From contig CAVNZM010000014.1 of the NCBI GenBank assembly GCA_963693365.1, positions 1,364,001 through 1,428,000 on the forward strand: a stretch of 64,000 bases of DNA, in the 5' to 3' direction. Source of the DNA: Amoebidium appalachense. Its lineage: Eukaryota > Protista > Ichthyosporea. This document shows positions 41,621-64,000 of this stretch, piece by piece. The position numbers and the translations under genes were made by a program. The notes beneath the pieces are model-generated. The model did not search any database and had not been told where the DNA came from. It saw only the letters and a list, made by a program, of their open reading frames with translations. Every line of letters starts with the position of its first letter. The first letter of the stretch is position 1.

Positions 41621-42260
41621 TCTGTGAGGGGGCAGCAAGTAAGAACCGGGAATCCAATCAAGTTTAAGTAGATGTGTGAGGCACACAAGAACTAAAAGTA
41701 GGAAAAGAGGACTGCCAAGGAATGACAAGGAATGAGGTATGTGGATCCGGAAGGTGAGCAAAGTCACCTGCATGCCTGCTGCTATCTGTGTGCTTTTGGC
41801 AATGTTTTCGTTTACTTTCTCTCGGAATCAAGGCTTCTCCCCCCTCCCCCCCCCCCTCTCCCCCCCCCCAAAAAAAAGAACAACTTCTCTTAGCGCACAT
41901 CTCCCAAACCCCAGAGTATCATTCATGTGTTGACTTTTTCGTTCTTCCCTCATCACTTTTCTTTTTGCTTCTCTCTTTTCCTCCTCCTTTCGTTTTCGAT
42001 CTGTTCTCTTCCAGGTCTGTTTGGAACAGAAAAGATGTGTGGAGTTTTTCGCTTCTAGTTGATTGCGAGTTGATTGCCGCATTTACGAAAGGACTGGACA
42101 ATGCCCCCCCCCCCCCCCCCCCCCCCCCCCACGCACCCACACCCACCCACCCCCCAAAGGGGAAAAAAGGGGGGGGAATAATTATAAAAAAAGACAGAAC
42201 AAAAGATAATAAAAGAAGAAAAGCCTGGAAAGAAAGAAAGAAGAAAGACATGAAGGAAGG

Positions 42261-42292
<32 letters not shown>

Positions 42293-42319
42293 CAGGAAGG
42301 AATGCAGGAAGGAAGGAAG

Positions 42320-42454
42320 GAGGGAGGGAGGGAGGGAGGGAGGGAGGGAGGGAGGGAGGGAGGGAGGGAGGGAGGGAGGGAGGGAGGGAGGGAGGGAGGG
42401 AGGGAGGGAGGGAGGGAGGGAGGGAGGGAGGGAGGGAGGGAGGGAGGGAGGGAG

Positions 42455-42495
<41 letters not shown>
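42320..42495. repeat. (GGGA)n followed by (GA)n
   Basis: Directly visible. Confidence 0.95.
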
Positions 42496-42499
<4 letters not shown>

Positions 42500-43738
42500 A
42501 ACGAGATTCGATTCAAAGAAAAGAAGAAGGAATGAAAGCAGCTTGAAAGAAAGCAAGAAGCCTTCAAGGAGGAAGGGAAGAAAAAAAGAATGAAAGAAAG
42601 GAAGAAAGCCTTTAAAGAATTAAAGGTATAAATCATGTCGAACAGACCCCCCCCCCCCCCCCCCCCCCCCCCCCTTTAATTTTTTTCTTTAGACTGATTC
42701 TTTTTCTCTTTTGACTGGCCCGCTCCCCCCACTAAAAAAAAAACGGAAAAGAAAGACAGACAAATACGACAATAAAATTAGGTTTGTCCTCACACCCACG
42801 AGACTTCCACATAATTTAAAGATCCTTTAACTCCCTACATGCGTGCACAAAGCCGTAAACCAAACGAACCAAAAGCTTTTGACAAGTGCCCCAACATACT
42901 TTGTTCAGTAGACAGGCTGAGCAACGACTGCCCTTCCTCTTCTGGTCTCGGTGCACTCGTTCTTTCGTTTCACACACACTAAAAGGTTACACACACAGTC
43001 CCGAATGATCCGGAGAGCACTATGAAAAAACTAAAAACGACTGTCCTGCAACATCCCCATCAGTGAATAAAGGCTCAGAGTCTAGTAATTCCCTCCCTAT
43101 GTAGTGCCATAAATGTCTTGTATGGATTCAAGTTCTGTTTTCCTCTAGGGGGAAATAAAACAAACTGTAAAAACACAAGCAAAGGTTGCTTTTTGTTTCG
43201 GGAACAAAACGGTGAAAATTTCAGAGTGAGGGTGATGGTGTCATGTGTGTGTGCTTTTCTGTAGCAGTGTTTGATGATGACAAGGCATGAAAATAAATGA
43301 TTCTCGGATTCGATCCTCGAATATGGCCCAACCTCGGTTGAAGCGTGTATGTCAAGCTCGAGGATTTCAAAGGCCACGCCAGAGCCATGTCATACATATC
43401 CTTAATTGAATCGTCCTCAGTCATATGCATGTGACTGGTTTGTGTACCGTGATGTTTGGCGCGTGACGTCCGTGGTTTATGTGTATGGACCGTCTACAAT
43501 GCAGTCCACGAGTGCACTGGCCGGCCTTTTGAAGGCGTCACGTGTAGAACATGCACACTGGTCTCCTGCCATGGCGTCCCCCCCCCCCCCCCCCCCCCCC
43601 TCTCCCGGGGGGAGGGGGGGGGGGGGGGGGGAGGAAGGAGTGGTGTGGATGATTTGAGGGTTTGAGGGCATTTGTGTGGCTATCGATGAAATGTATCGAA
43701 AAAATGCCTTTCTAGGAGGATATGTTTTTTTTTTTTTT

Positions 43739-43759
<21 letters not shown>

Positions 43760-43782
<23 letters not shown>

Positions 43783-44030
43783 GTGGTAGGAGGGGAGGGG
43801 GACCCACCCACCTTGACAGGTGTTCCCCCCTCTCGGTGTTACACTCGGAGAGGGAGGGGGAGGGGGAGGAGGGGGGGTCCCACACACCCCTCCGGCTAGC
43901 AGGGGGGAGGGTGGGGGGGGGGGGGGGGGGGGACCAACCACCCATCTAAGTAGGTGGGTCCCCCCCCCCCCCCCCCCCCCCCGGCCCCATAGGCTGCCAT
44001 CATATGACTATATCAGATAACCTGATCATA
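43760..44030 (+). repeat. Dispersed repeat family A copy
   Basis: Homologous to 3770-3945. Confidence 0.6.
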
Positions 44031-44159
44031 GCACAACAATCTGACACGACCATATATATCCGTGCATGGGGATCACTCGGTTTGAACATTTGAGATTCTA
44101 AGGTGGGCAGTAGCCTAAGATCGTGGGTTTAAGTTTAACACTGAAAAAATCCAGTGGAA

Positions 44160-44252
44160 GATTGAGGGAATGAGCGGAGTTTTATTTTCTCTTTTCTCTT
44201 TTTGTTTTTTGCTTCTGTCCCTTTTTTTTAATTTGCGGGCGTGCACGAGAGT

Positions 44253-44292
<40 letters not shown>

Positions 44293-44514
44293 GGAGGGGG
44301 GGAGAGAGGGGGGAGGGTTCATTTCAGGGTTTTTACTTTCCATAGCACATTATCTGAGGCAACTTCGGATTAGGTGGGTTTCTATTTTCTTTCTTTTTTC
44401 AAGCCTGAGGGAATGATTAAGGGGCCTTTGTTGTCTTCGTTTCTCTCTTCTCTGTTTTTATTGTTTGCTTCTTGGTGCCCCTTTTTCGCGTGCGTGTGCG
44501 ATGTTTTTTTTTTT

Positions 44515-44580
<66 letters not shown>

Positions 44581-44890
44581 TGCATTTCTGAGGTTTTTGT
44601 TTCCATAGCACGTTATCTGAGATTGAATGATTAGGTGGGCTTTATTTTTTTTTATTTTTTTTCCGGGCCTGAGGGAATGATGAGGTGCGCTTTTATTTTC
44701 TTCTTTTTTCCGAGAGGCTTCTCTTTTTGTTTAAACTTAGGCTGCTTCTGCCCCCCTTTTCGCTGGCGTACAATATGGAGTTTGAGAGGGGGAGGTGGGG
44801 GGGGTGGGGGGTTGGGGGGGGGGGGGGGGGGGGGGGGGGAGGGGGGGATTCTTTTCCGCTTTTTTTAAATCCATTAGCATATTATCCTTA
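44160..44890. repeat. Degenerate tandem repeat, about 260-bp period, about 3 units
   Basis: Recurrent tgagggaatga ... poly-T/poly-G ... ttccatagcac(a/g)ttatctgag ... gattaggtggg. Confidence 0.7.
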
Positions 44891-45027
44891 TTCTGAATTT
44901 CAAAGTTTGGTTGAAAGTATGTAGGAGCGAGTATTTTTATTTCTTTTCTTGAAGTTTTTTGTTTCTTTCTTTCTTTCTTTCTTTCTTTTCTTTCTTTCTT
45001 TCTTTCTTTTTTTTTTTTTTTTTTTTT

Positions 45028-45076
<49 letters not shown>

Positions 45077-45685
45077 CCGCATGCATGAACACATGCACGT
45101 GCATGCACACGTACACACACACACGCACTCATGCATGCACTCACGCACACATGCACGCAATCGTGAGCGTGCGCACAACCACAGTGTCACACACACATAC
45201 ATATACAAGACTCCTATTTTGTAACTGTTACAGCACAGGTTCTTATAATTATGTCGAGCGTACATTTCAATATTTCATCATGATGCGTACATAAAGAAAG
45301 AGGAGGCCTCAAGTCTAACTACGGTTGAGCATTCGGTGGGCTTGTGAACACGGGGGTTATATCGAAGTTTGTTCAGGTGGTAAACAAAGCAGCTGTACGT
45401 ATACCTTCCAAGCGGGCGGGCGGGTAGCATGTGTTCAAAATGAAGTACACATCCACTACGGGCAACAAAATCATTATACAGGTTTTGCACGAACATGCAC
45501 TCAAATAGTGTGCACCATATATAAGCAAAGACGGAGTCCATCGACATGTCTGGGTGCTAATTATAAGTTATGGGCGGTACTAGAGTTTCGGTCCGTTCAC
45601 CCCGAATGCCAAACCCAACTCGACCATTGCTTCGAACTCGTGTCACACTTCGATTGGACATGGGTGGTGGTGGTGGTGGTGGGAT

Positions 45686-45743
<58 letters not shown>

Positions 45744-46087
45744 GATCGGTGGCGATTTGGGCACGCCCAATGCATGTACAGAATTCAGAGAAATCTTATT
45801 GCCTATATTAAGCCTCACTGGCCGCTCCACAGCCCAATCATCATGGTACATTAAAATCTATTGCTCGTCATTCATTCGTAGGGCGCCATTGCCGTACACA
45901 AATCTTACCTCGTTAGTAAGTTATGTGCAAGAAATGGAAAAGCCTATGCAAAACAAATATAAAAAGTTTATGGTCACAAATAGGAGAATATTCAACAAAA
46001 GCATAAGGAACAAAAAAGTAAAAAAAAGACAGACATCCCTAATTTAGGCACTGACCCCACGGCCCGGCATCCCCAATTCAAGTCCAT

Positions 46088-46133
<46 letters not shown>

Positions 46134-46425
46134 AAAAAAAAAAAAAAAAGGAGGAAAAAGAACAAAGAAAGAAAAAAAGAAATAAAACTTCGAAATGACA
46201 TAGAAATAATAAAATAAAAGAAAAGCAACCTAGATTCATAATTATTCGACGCAATTTCATCCAGGAATAAAAAAGGAATACTATTGAAAAGGAATAAATA
46301 AAAATTAATTATATTAAATTCAAACATACATACGCTCGTATACACCCAAGATATCGCACCGTGCCCATGTTACAATCTCTCCCGCTTCATGTGTTTCACA
46401 CACACATTCATGATTTTCTCGACGT

Positions 46426-57020
<10,595 letters not shown>

Positions 57021-57764
57021 GGTGTGATGGCATACATGGGATTGGTGGGCGGGCGGGTGGGCGTGGGTGTTGATACTACTTGTTAGGACTGTGAACAAGT
57101 GAACAATGAAAATCGGATCTTTCGGTGATTCGAACCACGCCCTTTGGGATCAATGTCCAGTGCTACACAGGAGCCAGCGATGTGTGATCATTTAGATTTT
57201 CGAAAGAGTAATGATCCAGGGAGGAAGCGGGGGGAAGGGGGTGGAGGGGGGTAAGGGGGAAGAGAGGGAGGGAGGGAGGGAGGGAGGGAGGGAGGGAGGG
57301 AGGGAGGGAGGGAGGGAGGGAGGGAGGGAGGGAGGGGGGGGATGGAGCGAGTAAGTGAGGGAGAGGGGGGAGAGGAAGCAGGGAGGGAGGGAGGGAGGTA
57401 TGGAGAGAGGGGAGGGAGGGAGGGACGGAGGGAGGGAGGGGCGGAGGGAGGGAGGGAGGGGGGGGGGGGGGACAGGGAGGGGGAGGGGGGGGGAGAAGGG
57501 AGAGAGGGAGAGAGGGAGTGAGGGAGGGATCAGGAAAGAGATCTCAGAGAGCTGGCCTTGCTAAAGAGTGACAAATAAAAGAAAAACTATGTACTCAAGG
57601 CCTCATAACTCTCGAACGCCCGTGCCCTGTCTTCTACTATCCAATTCTTAGAAAATCATTACAGCATGTTTTGGTTGCGGTCCGACTTTTAACAGTGTGG
57701 TCAGGAATTTCATAGCAGTCTGAGGCTCGAGCTCGAGTCCGGATCCTTAGAGCACGAACCGCAA

Positions 57765-57796
57765 TGACGTCATCATTTTACCAAAAGAGCCAATCA
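57765..57796. promoter_or_regulatory. Candidate CRE (TGACGTCA) and CCAAT box in the divergent USP/exchanger intergenic region
   Basis: TGACGTCA at 57765-57772 and gccaatca at 57789-57796; motif match only. Confidence 0.3.
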
Positions 57797-58258
57797 GCAT
57801 TAAATAAACTTCCTTCATCGAATCAGATGAAGCTGTTCCTGGACCGATATGGTAAGAATATAATCCTGGAATGCTATGCTCTTACCCGTTGTCTACGTAG
57901 CGGGGAGCGACACACAAACACCCACCGTGGACACACAAAACACTTCATTTGTTTTATGCATTCTGTTTACTCGGACTGCGCCCCCATTTTTCTGGAAATT
58001 GCTTTGCACGGCCAGCAAGAAGCTTCAAGCATATAACGTATAATGCTGTTGTTTTGATTTTTGGAGAGAGTTTTGTCAAAGAAATTTGCAGGATCTAGGG
58101 TTGTTATGTCAAAGCACCCAGATTCTTGTCTCTTCAAACTTGTTCCGTCCTCACTTCTTTCTTGCCCACTACATTCGAGCAACCATGTTTGAGCCTAGTG
58201 AACTTACACGCTAGGGAAAAGCTTTTTACTGGCTTTTGCGGGCTTTGAGAGGGGAAGA

Positions 58259-60517
58259 ATGGTTATTCAACGCCTTAGCACGCTTTTGCTGTGTGCTTCT
58301 CTCCTCTTGGTTTCTCCTACTGTTACTTTTTCGTTTGGAGCACAACAGCAACCAAGCAGGCCAGAGCAAGTGCATATACCAAGCATTTCTCCAGCTAAAG
58401 ATAGTCGTATTCAGACAGAAAAATTTTCCTTTTATACACATTTTCTCAATAGAATAACAAGGGGAGCAAACGATACGGGTTCACAACTTGATTGCAAACT
58501 TGTCCTGGCACGTGTGAAAGATGAACCTTTTGAACAGCGTTGCCCGGCAGTCCGCCTGGCATGTTCGGATGAAGCGGCGCTTTTCGACTACATCTCCATG
58601 ATCTATTGTAGTAGGATTCTTTCCAACGCCGTGGGTCTAGCTAAGGTGGTCCTCTATCCGATTCTAATCATCCTCATGTTGTCGCTGTTGGCATCTACGG
58701 CAGAACATTTTTTCTGTCCAACACTTGAGATCCTTTCCGAGGAACTTAAGCTGTCACCGGCCGTCGCAGGCATTACCCTTCTCGCTTTTGGCAACAGTGC
58801 CCCAGACGTTTTTACGCAGTTTGCGGCTTTGAACGTGCATCGAGATGTTGCCATGCAGATGGGGGGGCTTATGGGTGCGTCTACGTTTTGTCTTACGGGC
58901 GTGCTTGGGATGTGTGTGCTACAAGCAAACAAGCTCGAGCAATATCCGAAGGTGTCCGAAGGGAGTTTCTACAGAGATACGTCAATATACATAGCCGGGT
59001 TGGTCATCATCGTCGTTATTTCATCGTCTGGACGGATTTCCCTCGTTCAAGCGACCATGTTGCTTCTGCTCTACTTATCATACATAGTTATTGTTGTCGT
59101 TTTGAATTGGGTGCGTCCGGCGAAAAGGAAATTCAAAAGCACGGGCCCTCACAGGAAAGAGGGGTTAAGGGCAGCGCTTAGGTTAATGATTCATCGCATG
59201 ACGGGAGTTCGCGCACAGGATTATGAGTTGGTTGCGTTGGAAGATGACTGGCCGACGGATGATGAGACAGATCTTGAGGTTTCACCCCCGAGCGAACACG
59301 AGTTGTTGAGGGATTCGCCGTCGGACGCGTCGATGCCATTGGACGGGAGAAACGTAAGGTTAGTGTTGCACGATCCCGAGGACGAAATAACGGAGCCGGA
59401 GGACATGGATGAACCCGGGTTGATCGATGTTCCCTCCCCTATTCCGGAGAGAGTGAGCAGCGAATCCGATGATGTTAACCTTATCGACATGTCCTCCCCG
59501 ATGATTGGAAACCAAGGGCGCACGGGGGGACAACGAAACGAGGCGAGGTCAGGTAACGGGCACTACGGGGAAACAACCGCAAACATTGGCATGACACGAA
59601 CGTTCTCTTTACCACAGACGGATTTTCTTCAGGGGGTGGAGAGGGAAGACGATGTTTCGGACGGGATTGAGGAGGTGGGGCCCAAGGGGGAGCCGGAACT
59701 AGGGTGGTTTGAATGGCCGGCGGATGAAGGAACGCTCATCAAAGCCCGGTATGTGGTGGAGTTTCCTTTTACGGTCATGAGATGGTTGAGCGTACCCCCA
59801 TGTGATGGGGAATGGGGCCCCCGGCGCCGTTGGCTCGTATGTTTGTCCCCTCCCGGCCTCTTTATTTCATCTATCCTGCAGTTCCGTGAGTGGGACGGGT
59901 TCGAAGACATGGTAGGCAACACGAATTGCCCCATGTGGGCACTTTTGCTGGCCATCGGGGTAGGTATGTCTCTGTTTTTGATTCTGGTTACCTCTAGCAA
60001 CAAGCCACCGGCCGAGGCGGTGCTTCTATTTATAGCGTTTTTGTCCTTCTTTGGAAGCATAAACTGGATTGCCATTTTGGGCGATGAGGTGGTCTCCATG
60101 TTGACGGCGTGTAGCGTAACCACAAACGTCTCTACTTCCATTTTAGGAATCACTCTTCTGGCTGTAGGGAACTCCATTGGCGATCTCGTTTCTTGCATTA
60201 CAGTCACTCGCCAAGGAAATATGGCGATGGCATTGGGATCTATTTTTGGCGCGCCGCTATTCCATGATGTTGCGGGTCTGGGTGCATCTCTTTTGGTTGC
60301 GTGTATGCAAGAAAGCGACAGTACGGTAGAGTTTAACCTCCACCCGCAAACGTATATTGCGTGGGCTTTTCTGTTTGCGGCGCTAGTGTCTATCGTTGGC
60401 GTATTTACGTTTTCAGGTCTTAGACCCCCCCGATGGTATGGGTTGGCGCTGGTGGGGGGTTATAGCTTGTTCCTGTTTTGCTGCTTCTTGGAAGAGATTG
60501 GTGTGTTCCGTAGGTAA
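58259..60517 (+). CDS. Cation/Ca2+ exchanger, CCX/NCLX-like (CaCA superfamily), intronless, 752 aa
   Basis: Uninterrupted ORF with a signal-peptide-like N-terminus; alpha-1 repeat AGITLLAFGNSAPDVF, alpha-2 repeat LGITLLAVGNSIGDLV; two transmembrane clusters separated by an acidic loop; FFCPTLEILSEELKLSPAVAG is typical of CCX. Confidence 0.92.
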   Translation: MVIQRLSTLLLCASLLLVSPTVTFSFGAQQQPSRPEQVHIPSISPAKDSRIQTEKFSFYTHFLNRITRGANDTGSQLDCKLVLARVKDEPFEQRCPAVRLACSDEAALFDYISMIYCSRILSNAVGLAKVVLYPILIILMLSLLASTAEHFFCPTLEILSEELKLSPAVAGITLLAFGNSAPDVFTQFAALNVHRDVAMQMGGLMGASTFCLTGVLGMCVLQANKLEQYPKVSEGSFYRDTSIYIAGLVIIVVISSSGRISLVQATMLLLLYLSYIVIVVVLNWVRPAKRKFKSTGPHRKEGLRAALRLMIHRMTGVRAQDYELVALEDDWPTDDETDLEVSPPSEHELLRDSPSDASMPLDGRNVRLVLHDPEDEITEPEDMDEPGLIDVPSPIPERVSSESDDVNLIDMSSPMIGNQGRTGGQRNEARSGNGHYGETTANIGMTRTFSLPQTDFLQGVEREDDVSDGIEEVGPKGEPELGWFEWPADEGTLIKARYVVEFPFTVMRWLSVPPCDGEWGPRRRWLVCLSPPGLFISSILQFREWDGFEDMVGNTNCPMWALLLAIGVGMSLFLILVTSSNKPPAEAVLLFIAFLSFFGSINWIAILGDEVVSMLTACSVTTNVSTSILGITLLAVGNSIGDLVSCITVTRQGNMAMALGSIFGAPLFHDVAGLGASLLVACMQESDSTVEFNLHPQTYIAWAFLFAALVSIVGVFTFSGLRPPRWYGLALVGGYSLFLFCCFLEEIGVFRR

Positions 60518-60844
60518 GATGTATCGAAAGTAATAATTTTATTATAGCGCTTTGTAACTGTTTATAGGATAGTTAACGGTGTATTTGTGTATGACGTATT
60601 TTGGGGGGTGGGTTGGGAAGAGGGGGGATCCGGAGGGGGGGTTTGTAGCATAATGATCTGTTTGAAATTTGCCTGACTGAATGAAACTCGTATACAAAGA
60701 AAGACCACGCTATTGTATGGCATTACCCCGTATCATCCTGGCAGACTGAATATAATTTGCTATCGAAAATGCACGGCCACGAAACGACGTTGACGTGGTC
60801 ACCGGAAACCTATACAGAAATCTGTATGGCTGAAGGATCAAGCG

Positions 60845-60881
<37 letters not shown>

Positions 60882-60907
60882 AAGGAAAGAAAGAAAGAAA
60901 AGGGAAG

Positions 60908-60960
<53 letters not shown>

Positions 60961-61030
60961 ATCCCATTGTAGTACACACACACACACACACACACAACAC
61001 ACGCACGCACGCGCGCGCGCACACACACAC

Positions 61031-61520
61031 ACAATTTCACAGACATGCACAACACATGTGCACACACACTCTCACACAATTTCACAGACATGCACAACAC
61101 ATGCGCACACACACTCTCACACAATTTCACAGACATGCACAACACATGCGCACACACACTCTCACACAATTTCACAGACATGCACAGCACATGCGCACAC
61201 ACACTCTCACACAATTTCACAGACATGCACAACACATGCGCACACACTCTCACACAATTTCACAGACATGCACAGCACATGCGCACACACACTCTCACAC
61301 AATTTCACAGACATGCACAGCACATACGCACACACACTCTCACACAATTTCACAGACATGCACAGCACATGCGCACACACACTCTCTCACAATTTCACAG
61401 ACATGCACAGCACATGCGCACACACACTCTCTCACAATTTCACAGACATGCACAGCACATGTGCACACACACTCTCACACAATTTCACAGACATGCACAA
61501 CACACGCGCACACACAAATT
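61031..61520. repeat. 45-bp minisatellite, about 10-11 copies
   Basis: acaatttcacagacatgcaca(a/g)cacatgcgcacacacactctcac repeated head to tail. Confidence 0.92.
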
Positions 61521-61912
61521 CACACATACGGGCGCACATGTACGTATGCACGCACACAATCACACATGTGTGCACACACATGCACACACCCACCCCTCTC
61601 AGTCCCAAACATCCTTGACCCCCCCCCACCCCTCACCTCTCCCGACCATCTCTCTACCCAAATGCGACTGTCTGTGAATGAATCCGGAAGACCCAACCCA
61701 CCCGCCACTCACCCTGCCACGAGCAGGCAATTAATCTTATATCTGCTATTGCCCTACCTTCCTCCCTCTCCCCCTCCCCCCCCTTCTCCCCCCCTCCCCC
61801 CCCCCCCCCCCCCCCCCCCACGCGCACACACACCACCCAACCACCCCTCCTCTACGCGTGCACACACACACAACACATGCACACACCTCCCCCTCCCCCT
61901 TCCCCCCCCCCC

Positions 61913-61943
<31 letters not shown>

Positions 61944-62099
61944 ACACCCTTCTCTCTCACTCACTCAACACTCGCACACAAATCAAGTCGAATAAAATAC
62001 GAACCCAATTACCAATAAACTACCTCTCTTCCCCTACCCCGTCCCACCTTCACCCAGCGGGCCCACCCCCCTGTCCGCACCTCTAAGACTCATCTCCCA

Positions 62100-62135
<36 letters not shown>

Positions 62136-64000
62136 TTCGGGGGAGAAATTTGTAAATATCACCCCCACCCCCACCCCTGGAAGATGATATTTGCTTAGTC
62201 CCTCTCTACTTTATTGACTTCTCCCCTCTCCCCCCTTCCCCCCCCCCCCCCCCCAAAAAAAAAACCGCACCCCACCAAAACTCACCCGTCCCCTCTCTCC
62301 TCACCGGTCCCACTACTCCCCTCCCCCCGCCCCCCTCCCCCAGGCAAGCTCAGCCCTCCCCCACTCCTGCCGGCCCCATCCGCCCCGCCATCCCACTCCA
62401 ATCCCTCTCCCGCCACCCTCTGCCTGCTTTATCTTTATAGTAAATCAGGCTTCTGTACTAAAAAACCCCCTTTTCTGGGTGACACTACCTTTTAAACCTC
62501 ACGGCTCTCAACCACCGCTGATCAGCATAACCATCGTTCTCACAACCATCATAATTAAACATGAAGCCCGGCTCTCTCCCCTCCCCCCCCCCACCCGTCA
62601 CCCCCCCCCCCCCCCCCCCCCTCCCTCCCCTCCCCCTCCCCCCCCCCCTCCCCCCCCCCCCTCCCCGCCCCTCCCTCCCTTCCCCACCCCCCGTTTGCCA
62701 CCGGTTCTCTTCCCATATGCTCCCTGGAAGCCCCCCTTGTTCCCCCTAGATCTAGTGGCCCCGCGGGTATTCGTACACCTCAGATCAGGCCCAAAAATGT
62801 ACTAACTATAGCGGCAAGGTCACGGTGGTGAGTAATTTAGAAGGCAACAGTTTTGTATAGTTACCGTATATTACCTTACATGTATGATAGTGTCGGGCAT
62901 GGGGAATTCCATATAGGTATAGGGGGGATTACAGTAATCTCCCTATACAGTCGCGTAGCGGCGTGCCGCCTGCACTATTACGCAAATTTATCAACAAAAC
63001 AGCGAATGCATGATGTATGTATCAATAAGTGTGCGTAATATTACAGTTGTATGAATCAACGATATATATTTGGATAGCACTACCGTAGTTTTCAGGTTTT
63101 CGTAGTCGCTATCCCCCTATACTCTGACCCTGTGTTGTGAACTCGTTCATATTATTGAATGGGGTTAACTGGCTTGCTATATCCCGGCTTAAAAAAAATA
63201 TAGTTTTATCTGCCAGCACTGATTGGCAGTCCTGACATTTGCCCAAATTCAGCTATTAATGGTTTCAACGGTTGAGGGCCCGGTGGGGCAGAGATCTCAA
63301 GCTGTGCACGGGGCGGGGGCGGGGAGGGAGGGGGAGGGGCGGGGAGGAGGGGAAGGGGGGGGAGGAGGGGGAGGGGAGGGGGGTGGCCGGGGGGGGGGGG
63401 GAGGGGGGGGAGCCTCAGGGGAGGAAGGGGGGGGGGGGGGGGGGGAGGGGGGAGGAAGGGGAGCGGCTGGAAAGGGGCACTGCCAGGTCCTGACCGAAGT
63501 GAGCGAGGGAGGAGCTCGAGGTTCGAGGTGTGGTTTTATTCAAAGTTTCAATAAATTTTTTTTTTTTTTGGGGGGGGGGGGATGTATGTGAAGGGGGGGG
63601 GGGGGGAGGAGGGGGGGTAGGGGGGGGGGGGGGGGGAGGAGGGGAGGCCTGGGGGGAGGGGGAGGGGGGAGAGGGGGAAGGGAGAGGGGAGGGGGCCCTG
63701 GGCCGACTTGCCATTGGGAAAGAAACCAGCTGCAGGACAAGTCTAGGCATCTAAGAAAAGGAGCTGCCTCTATCAATGACGCTGGGGTAGATGGGGGGGG
63801 AGGGGGGGGGCGGGGGGAGGGGGAGGGGAGAAGAGGGGTGGAAGAGGACACCGCTGGATAAGTGGTGGGTTGGTGGGTGAGGGTGGGACCGGTGGGTGGG
63901 GTTGGGGGGTTAACGTTGGTGGGGGGGGGGGGGGGGGGGAGGTGGAGGGGAGGGGGGAGCCTCAGGGGGGAGGAGGGGGGGTAGGGGGAAGGGGGGAGGG

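Noticed and set aside
45325-46047. 240-aa plus-strand ORF
   Set aside because: Non-ATG start, runs through a poly-G tract, no recognisable domain.
59221-60207. Minus-strand ORFs within the exchanger (and the plus ORF 48648-49238 within the USP exon)
   Set aside because: Antisense shadows of real coding sequence.
61031-61520. CRISPR-like regular array
   Set aside because: Head-to-tail 45-bp units without unique spacers, no cas genes, eukaryotic context.

Overview
Eukaryotic nuclear DNA with many spliceosomal GT-AG introns packed with microsatellites and long G/C homopolymers; most ORFs in the supplied track are repeat artefacts. Exons were assembled by hand. Left to right: the last exon of a pirin-like gene (+); an LRR fragment (+); a 24-coding-exon COP1-type E3 ligase (-, 7456-27909) whose RING/coiled-coil/WD40 core appears spliced in frame to about three N-terminal ankyrin repeats; a divergent TRAPPC5/Trs31 (+, 6 exons); a decayed F-box-like/LRR pseudogene (-); a USP30-like deubiquitinase (-, 10 exons); and a divergent intronless CCX/NCLX-type cation/Ca2+ exchanger (+). 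The introns carry a mitochondrial nad2 insertion, TTAA-flanked MITEs, a dispersed repeat seen only in the sense orientation of host genes, and degenerate copies of neighbouring splice junctions. The ankyrin-COP1 architecture is the strongest novelty candidate. The organism cannot be identified from this window; a unicellular opisthokont is only a guess.
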